Assembly: GCF_009914755.1 (NCBI RefSeq)
Contig: NC_060932.1
Origin: the human T2T-CHM13v2.0 reference genome, Homo sapiens
Reading direction: 5' to 3' (one strand)
Length of the DNA stretch: 64,000 nucleotides
Part shown: piece after piece, positions 50,786-64,000 of the stretch
How the letters are laid out: every line of letters starts with the position of its first letter
Numbering within the stretch: the first letter of the stretch is position 1
The notes under the pieces: model-generated
The model's database searches: none
Told to the model about the DNA's origin: nothing
What the model saw: the letters and a program-made list of their open reading frames with translations, nothing else
Position numbers and translations under genes: made by a program

Positions 50786-53202
50786 CAGCGAATAAGGAGG
50801 AAAGCCAGGGAAGGCTCAATCAGATCTAGATAAGGGAAGGACACCAAAGTGTGTCTAGGGTGTCCCCAGCAGGATGGGATATTTTGCAGAGAGAAAATTG
50901 AGCCAGGTTGTGAGTTTGTCTTTCGTTACGCATGATGGGTGGCAGGTTGGGTTTCTTCCAGATTTTCATGAAAGCCAGTTCCTGGAGTTTGGACGGCTTG
51001 CTCTCCTGGATTGGGCCCACCTGTGCAGCCTCACAGTCTCTGAAGGCGCTGGGCCCTTGTCTGCCCTGAAGCCAGCCTCAGAAGGCTTGAGACGCCACAA
51101 AACCTCCCAATAGTCCATCAAGACTTTGATCTCTTGGGGAGCTCCTCACAGATTCTATCACAGTTCTTAAAGCAACCTCTTAATACTCAAATGGTACCCC
51201 CCACCTTTTGTTTAACATTGATGGCATATGCAGCACTATTCTCTATATTCTCTCATTTCACCATCACAACAGCTGGTAGACTTGTGTAGGCTGATAGGCA
51301 ATGTCCCTTTGTGGACGGGGCACTGGGGCCCAGAGAAGGTTCCGTGTTCTCCTTGTCTGAGGTCAGAGTGAGTTGTGGCAGGACGAGAAATAAACTCAGG
51401 ACTTGACTTTCTGGCCCAGAACATGGTCACTACTCCACACTGGTATCTTCTATCTCTACCTTTAATAATTGATAAGTGGCATATTCTTAGATGTGCAGCT
51501 TTCATTTAAACGAGCCTTATTACCATAAAATAAGTGTGTGTGTTTCTATTCCAGTGGAACAGCTGAGAATTGACGCATCTTAATGCAGAACAAACTTTGA
51601 AACCACAGGCAGTGGGGGTGAGAAGGAAGGAGAGCATTAAACCCAGCCATGAGTGGGATTGGCCTCCCCTCTCGTCATCCCATCTCCCTCCCAAGCTCAT
51701 TCCTCATGATTCAAGCTAATCTCACAGGCTGCAGGGCCCAGAGTGTGCAACCCTGTGCCTTCCCCCTGAAGCTGGACCAGCAGTGAATTCTGTTCCCCAA
51801 GGCTAGACACACAGGAATGAGGTCAGACAGGACATTCTTAAAATCCAGGACATCTTCATCCTTCAGAAAAGAAGTGGTCGTGTGCATCCCACCAAAGCTT
51901 TGAAGGAGGAAGTACTCGCTTACCAATTCCTGAAGGGCTGCAGTAGGAGTGGAATGTCACCAGTGGTGCAAGGGGAAAGGATTTCTCTGGGAACTGTGAC
52001 TGTCTTTACCATGAAATTAGTTGAATGCTATTACATCAGCCTCATGACTAAGGACAAAAGAATCCAGACTGTCTACCAAAATGTTTTACTAATCTGTCCT
52101 CCCCTCAAGGAACACATAGGTAAAGAAAAGGGCTTCCTTTTCCACCCAGTTTGCACCAACGTGTGTAAACTATGGCTCTGTGTGGTTAAGCAGCTACTTG
52201 CAAGGTAAGGGTCCTTAAACTTAAGTTCCTCTTCTATAATCACGTTGAAGCCTCAAGGGACCGCAGAGCTAACACTTTTTTTTTTCCTTTAAAGTGCAGC
52301 ACAGAGCAGCTGAAACGGCACACAGTGGGGACAGCAGGAGGGGCTTTTGGCACTTTTCTTGTATTTAGAATAAATTTTACAAGCCCACACTCCTGAGCCT
52401 TGAGATCACAGGGAGCAGAGGCCACTCTGAGTGCCGGAGTGCCTTCTCGAATGGTCCCATCTGCACCAGCTGCCTGGAGACACCGCCTGCTACCTCCATG
52501 CTATTCCAGGCTAGCGTCTCCAGCACCCGCCCTCCTAGCAGCCTTACCGCTCTCCAGCCTCAGAGCTAAGCCTGACCCGGCTGCCAATCTCCAAAATAAA
52601 ATCAATGTGTGACCTTATTCACCAGATGTACGGAAGAAACAAGCACAAACGAAGGCCAACTTTGAAGCCAAAAAGGGAAGATGAGAAGTGGGAGAGAGAG
52701 AGAAAGAGGAGGGGAAAAGAAACTTGGCTAGACATGAAAGGTGTCTTGTCTGTCTGTTCCCTATTAGGCGCAATTCTCTTGCAATCTGCAGCCTCCACAT
52801 AATTCTCTTGACCAGAAACTCTCTGGAGAGATAGTGTCAGAGGAAAAACAAACAGAATAGCATCTTCTGACAGCAAAGTCACTTAAAAACCTATTTGGGA
52901 GGGAAGAAGAGAGATGTGAGCACCTCAGGGGAGGGCACTCCTTCATAGCAGGCCACATGTGGAGTTACATTTGCCCTGGGATTGGACAAGGACAGGCAGG
53001 GGCCCAGGAAAGGGTTGATGTGCGAGGGCAAGGCAGTCCCAGGAAGCAAAAGCCCAAGGCCTCTACCCTCCCAGCCCCTCTGATGCCCAAGATCTACCTC
53101 TCTGTGGACGGCACACTAAATCCCACAGTGTGGGGCTTTCTACAGCCCCATGGCACACTCAGAGGAATTCAGAAGAACTGCCTTAGAGAAAAGTGGTTCC
53201 TT

Positions 53203-53494
53203 GGCCAGACGTGGTGGCCCCACGCCTGTAATCCCAGCATTTTGGGAGGCTGAGGCAGTAGGATTGCTTGAGGCCAGGAGTTCAAGACCAGCCTGGGAAA
53301 CGTAGCAAGACCCTGTCTCTAAAAACAATTTAAAAATTAGCTGGGTATGGTGGTGCACACCTGTAGTCCCAGTGACTCAGGAGGCTGAGGAGGGAGGATC
53401 GCTTGAGCACAGGAGAGTGAGGCTGCAGTGGCTGTGATCACACCATCACACCAGCTGTGATGCACTCTAGCCTGCGTGACAGAGGGAGACTGTC

Positions 53495-53535
<41 letters not shown>
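53203..53535 (+). mobile_element. AluJ-like element with long A-tail
   Basis: Alu consensus. Confidence 0.9.
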
Positions 53536-53540
<5 letters not shown>

Positions 53541-55443
53541 AGAGAGAAAGGAAGGAAGAAAAAGAAAAAAAAGGTGGGGGGATTCCACTTTGTCAAAACT
53601 CCGCCTTCCCACTGCTGCCGGCCACCAGCCAGAGGCTTAGAAGTCAGCTATTGCTGTAAGCCTGTGAGCCAGCAGCCAACTCCCCAGGCAGCAAAGGCCT
53701 CTTCTCCCCAGCCCCTTTGACCCGCCTTTGAGCTAAAGCAGTCTAGTCCTGGGGAAGCCAGGCCCCAACCCCCACCCAACAGGAGCCCAGTGGGGAAGGT
53801 TCTGGAGGAGTGAGGGAAGCAGGGCAGGAGAGGGCAGCCTTCTGTGCTCAAGTTTCTGGGGCAGGCATCCTGTTATAGGAGAAATTTTTTTTTTAAAGGA
53901 AGAAAAACTAATCAGAAGAAAGAAGCAAGCAAGAGCTTTTCCCTGCCTTTCGGACTTGTTTATTACCAAGATATCTGATTTCAGCAAAGGAAACCGGCAC
54001 TGGAGCAAGGTTTTTATTGGCCATGAGCAAGAGGAATTCAGGGTTTGCCTTTGATTTAGGCTTCCCTAGTACATGAGGCACTGAGGGGTGCTCGCTGCTT
54101 TGATGGAGCAACCCAGGACTTTGGGGCCCCTCAAATTCCCTGTTTTCTGCAGCATTGACTCAAAGTCCGGTTGGAAACTGAGGGTGGAGCAAGCGGCAAG
54201 AGTGGAAGGTGACCTCAAAAACGTTTCAGAGGGATCAAAATAGAGGACAGTAGTTGCAAAGTTCTGAAACTAGAGCCTGAGCAAGGGCCCTGGCCCGCCC
54301 CCCTTCCCCAGGAGTGAGGGGCTGGAGGAGGCTAGGTCTGGTTTTCATGAAAGCGCCATGTTCCAGACTTGTCTCTGACCCACGGAGCTAGGCAAGCTGC
54401 AGTCGCAGGGCCGAGGCCTGATGGCTTCAATGTGTGGGGAGGATAAAGCCAGACATTTGCAGGAGCGGCCTCTGACAGCAGCGCTCCTCAGCTGGGAGGG
54501 GCAAGGGCTCTAGGGAGGGGTGAGCAGCTGGGCCACCAGCTCACAGAACTGCAGCTGATCCTCCAGGGTCCCCAGACACCATCGTGCAGAGAGAGCCGCT
54601 GTGCAGGGCCTGGAACCCCGGCCAGCCCATCTCTCCCTTGGCTGTGTGGCTGCCTTCCTCTACTGGTTTCCCCGGGAGCATCTCCTGCATGGAGGAAAAG
54701 GGAAGGTGCCCTCCTATTTGGGATGCCTTGGGTGAGCCTCTCTCTCTTGTTCTCTTTTTTTTCCTCTTTGTATCCTGTCTCTATCTACTTTCCCTCTTAT
54801 CACCCTTCTCATCCATCTCCCACAAACCACTGGTGACAGGAAGATCCCCAAACCAAAGGGCTCTAGGTGGCCCTGCCTCGCTTTACTGCTCTGGCCAACC
54901 AGGTGTGTGAGGCAGGAGCTGCCTGCACCCCAGGGCGGCCAGGACAAGGGGCTGGGACTTTGGGGCCTGCGCCATCGTAGAGGGCAGCCCCTTGGCAGAA
55001 CCCTCTGGTGGGGGATGGTGCGGCCTGCGTACAGGTCCCGTCCTGCTCCACGTTGGTGAGTGGGAGGCCAGGCCTGAAGGAGACACCTCTTCCCCTCCCA
55101 GGGTGTAGGGCTTCGCAGGCGGCTCTGTGTGCCCCCTTGTGACCGGTCACAGGCCTGTCTCCAAGACTGCTCACAGGCCCCAGCAGCGGAGTGTGCTGTC
55201 CCCAGCAGGGCTGGGCTCAGCCGTGAGGCCCAGGCCCACGCTGGCAGCCAGGGTGCTGGTTGGGCCTCTGAGTGGAGGCCCAGGGCCTGGGGCAGGGGTG
55301 GGGATGGGGAACAGGGCTCTCACTGTGTCCGTGTTAAGGAACCAGTCATCAAAAGGGCTTTATGCAGTCGCTTGGAGAACACATTTGCAAGGGTAAGGGC
55401 TGCAGGAATAAGGAGGTAGCCTGTGAGGGGTGTGGGGAGCTGC

Positions 55444-56230
55444 TACACACACACACACACAGATATACACACATACAGATACACACACACAGATACAAAG
55501 ATCCAGATACACACACACAGATACACAGATACAAGTACACACACAGATACAGATACACAGATACAGATACACACACAGATACAGATACACAGATCCAGCT
55601 ACACACACAGAGGTACACACACAGATACACAGATACAGATACACACACACAGATACAAAGATCCAGATACACAGAGATACACACACACAGATACAGATAC
55701 ACACACACAGATACACAGAGATACACAGATCCGGATACATGATACACAGATACACACACAGACACACACAGATATACACACACATACACAGATACAGATA
55801 CACACACAGATACAAGCACACAGACACACACAGATATACACACACAGATACAGATATACACAGAGACACATATATACACACAAAAACATGCACACATACA
55901 CAGACACACATACACATACCTACACATACACACACATATGCACATACACACACATACTCAAATATACACACAGAGACAAACACACCTACACACACAGACA
56001 CCCATATACACACTTAGACACACATACACACACTTACACAAATACACATACACATACAGCCACACACATACACAAATATACACACATATACACACATACA
56101 CATGTAGGCACACATATACACACACAGAGACACATACAGCCACACACATACAGGCACACATATACACATACATGCAAACATATACACACATGCACACACA
56201 TATCCGCACGCACAGACACACACAGACACA
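55444..56230. repeat. ~790-bp complex (CA)n/(CAGATA)n simple repeat
   Basis: ACACACAGATACAGAT units grading into CA/TA degenerate repeat. Confidence 0.95.
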
Positions 56231-57050
56231 GTAGTTGCTCTAAGACTCTGGCACTGGTTTGTCCGGCTTTGAATCTCAAATCTGTTCTTTATCAGACAAA
56301 TTATCTTAGGCCAAGTACTTAGCCCCTTTTGTGCCTCAGTTTCCTCCTTTGTGAATGGGAGTGATCTTAAGGGTAACTACTCATGGCATTGCTGTGAAGA
56401 TTAAATGTGGCCATACATGGAAAGTGCCTCACACAAAGCCTGGCGCTGGTGAAAGTTCAGGTCGGCTGTTCTGCTGGCCCCAGCTGTGTTGGGCTTTGCA
56501 GTCAGCTTGAACCTCCCTGGAGAAATGGGGTGGAGCTCTGATGGCCCAAACAGATAAGGACTGTCAGAAACACTGCCAGGCCTTCAGACATGAAACCTGA
56601 TCTTCTAAGACTGGGGAGGAAGGAGGACCCTCCACAAGGCAACTGAAACTCCAAGTCCTCAAGCAAGCTCCCTTCATGGCACTCACAGAGCCCCGCTGAT
56701 ATAACCAGCCTGGATGTGGAGAGGGGGAAAGGCCCCGCTTCCCCTTGATGCTGCCCAAACATGGACATCCAAGCCTTCCCGAGTGTTCCCTAGCTTTCAA
56801 CTAAAGACCTAACTAAAGACTGAGGCCTAAAAACAGCAAAATTAGCCCAGAGTGAAACCAAAACCAAATACTCTGGCTCACACGCCCTGGGCATCCAGAC
56901 TCCAGCACACACCCAAACTCCTCAAAGTGCAGGCACAGGACAGGGGCCTGGACAGAGGGACTCCTCTTCCCACATCTCTCCCGACCTCAACCCAGGCCTT
57001 GCAGGGCCACAGGGCAGCTGACAGGGCTTAGGAAATAGAGCCCACAACTA

Positions 57051-57878
<828 letters not shown>

Positions 57879-58865
57879 GGTCAGCCCCAGCAAGCCATCA
57901 AGAGTCCAGCTGCTGCTACGAATTGAGGTTCTGTGCATGGATGGACTTTTCCAGCAAATTAAAAATCCAAGCTGCCATCAGCCTGAGCTGTGTGCTAATG
58001 AGGGCACTTCTCAGGCTACAGCATGACGGGGGTTGGGGTCCAAGTGCTCCGGGGTGGGTGGAGTGGTCTGTGGGAAGAAGGCAACAGTGACTCTGAGAAG
58101 CTGGTGGGAAATCTGCGGAGAGCCACAGCTCTGAAAACCGGGAGGCCTGGTGGGCAGCTCCTAAATGCTGGATTGGAAAACCCATCCTCAAACAGGGTCG
58201 ATCTCTCGGGGCGCTAAGCCCGTTCCATGACTGCTTCAACAAAGAGCAGAAAACTCAAAGCAGAAACTGTCCAACTCCACCGCCTCTGGGGAGCAGGACT
58301 GGGAGGGCCCGCGGCCTTTTCATCACAAGCTCTTCCAGGCTAGTCCACATCTTAGCCACATGTGTGTGTTGCTTCGATAAAAATGAGTTTCTTAAACAGT
58401 GGTGAGAGCTGCAGGCAGGCACACTTTTGAGGTTGGCCTCAACCTCAGGCTCCCCGCCACAGGCCCGGCAGAGGGGGTTCCCACCCCTCACTCGCACCAG
58501 CCCCCACCTGGCCCAGTGCCCTGGGGATGACCCCAAACGCTCCAAGCTGCCCGGGGTGTTCCCTACCCCTCCTCCTGCCTGGAAGAACGCCTGCGACTTT
58601 CTCCACCAGCCGGCTCTGCGCTCCTCTCCGGTTCCCTTCCATGGCGGTTCAGGCCTCCTGCGGGGCATGGGGGTGCAGATGGGTCAGCGGAGCAGAGATC
58701 CGCACCTGCCAACACTCACCCACCGCAGGGCACCGCAGCAGGGAGCATGAGCAGGGTCATCAGGGAGCAGCAGCCATCGGGGAGCCCAGGCTCACCCCAG
58801 CTTCTCCATCAAGTGACCCCATTCCATCACAGAAAGAAGCGAGACCAAATGAAGCCCCCACCCTG

Positions 58866-59033
58866 ACACATGTGCACGCACGCAGGCACACACGCACATA
58901 CCCTCTCTCCCCACCCCAACACGTGCATGCACGCATGCACACACACATGCACACACCCTCTCTCCGCATGCACACACCCTCTCTCCCCACCCCAACATGT
59001 GCATGCACGCACACACACACACATGCACACATC
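58866..59033. repeat. Degenerate (CA/TGCA)-rich repeat with recurring CCCTCTCTCCCCACCCCAAC unit
   Basis: Direct reading. Confidence 0.8.
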
Positions 59034-59991
59034 CTCTCTGAGTGCCTCATCTGTGAAAGGCAGTAGCCACATATGGCATGGTGTGAGGGTTAAACCAGAC
59101 ACTGCACGTGACGGGCCTTACTGCCTCCCCCTCATCCTCTATATTTTATTTTCTACAGCGTGAAAGCCACACATCCACACACCCATACAAAAATGCTGGC
59201 CTCGTAACCCCTTCTTGCCCCTCTGTCGCCCCCTCTCCCTAGCCCACCCCCCATGCTCACACACACCCTTCTCTTGGCTAGAGCTGCCTCCACCTTTCTG
59301 AGACCTGAATGTCTAACACCATGGGGCTCAGGGAAAGGGGTGCTGGCCTGCGGCAGGGACTCATCATCTTGGCTGCCTCTGGGGAAAAAAGGCTGGTGAT
59401 GGAGCAGCCCCTTGCATGGGCCTGGAACAGGTTACAGACCATGCCCCCAGGAGCCCTGAAACCAGATGGGAAGCCAGGCCTGGATGGGCACAGCCTCCTC
59501 AATCCCCCGAAAGGACCCTCCCTGTTATGGCCGGGTAAGGCTGCAGATAGGAAAGCCTCCTCATTCCTGATCCATCCATAAGACCCTGGGCAAGAGAGAG
59601 CCACACTTTCCCCTGAGCTCCAAGGAGCCTGGGAGCTACCAGGGGAGGAACAGGAGGAGGAAGGGAGGGTGGAGGCCGGGCCTGTAGCCCTTACCGGCTC
59701 TCTCCCTCCTTCTCCCCTGTACTCCCTCCAGCAAGGCAGATCTGTCTAAGGTGCCAACCTCTTCCCTGCCCAGAGTTTGGGAAGGCTCCCTGCTGCCCTC
59801 TTTACCCGGCTAACACCTGTTGATACTTCAGGTCAGCTTAGCCATTACATCCACAGAGAGGCCTTTCCTGATCCTCATGGAAACAGGGCTTCTGCCCCAA
59901 TCCTCTCTAATGCCCCCTTTCCCTTCACAGCACTGACACAATGTCGAATTATAGTCACATGTGTTAGTGTTTGCTCAATAACTGCCTCTCA

Positions 59992-63852
<3,861 letters not shown>

Positions 63853-64000
63853 TAATAAGCACTCAGTGGCTGTCCACTTTCCTTATGTGACTCCCACGGT
63901 AGTTCCAATCTGCTCAGTCTCAGAGAGATCAGCTAGCAGCTAGCTCCCAGCAAAGGCAAACTTCTTTCAAGAGGGAGACGGCAGATATGAGCCCCTAGAC

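Noticed and set aside
55349-56322. Long ORFs of up to 299 aa on both strands
   Set aside because: Artefacts of the CA/GATA simple repeat (HT/CV dipeptides).
58255-59163. ORF cluster of 100-179 aa
   Set aside because: GC-rich plus CA-repeat sequence; no convincing exon structure or protein family.

Overview
Human (primate) genomic DNA, Alu-rich. It contains two complete + strand genes reconstructed exon by exon with GT-AG junctions and continuous frames: ERLIN2 (non-coding exon 1 ending at 7077; CDS 8322-24512, 339 aa) and PLPBP/PROSC (CDS 33056-48500, 275 aa). Each has a CpG-island promoter. This gene order is the chr8p11.23 locus; ADGRA2 is expected beyond the right end. The most notable element is a full-length, antisense STEEP1/CXorf56 retrocopy in ERLIN2 intron 6 (16785-18496). 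It has a 13-bp target-site duplication, an intact 222-codon ORF and a CpG-rich 5' end with a perfect CRE. It lies tail-to-tail with an intronic ERLIN2 alternative terminal exon, an architecture resembling imprinted X-derived retrogene/host alternative-polyadenylation loci. Other observations: an Alu-flanked PLPBP exon 2-4 cassette whose circle would encode a junction-spanning 108-aa ORF, a PLPBP uORF and N-terminal extension, an insertion site used twice, a 105-bp local duplication and a CTCF-like site. Repeat coordinates and subfamily names are by eye and approximate.
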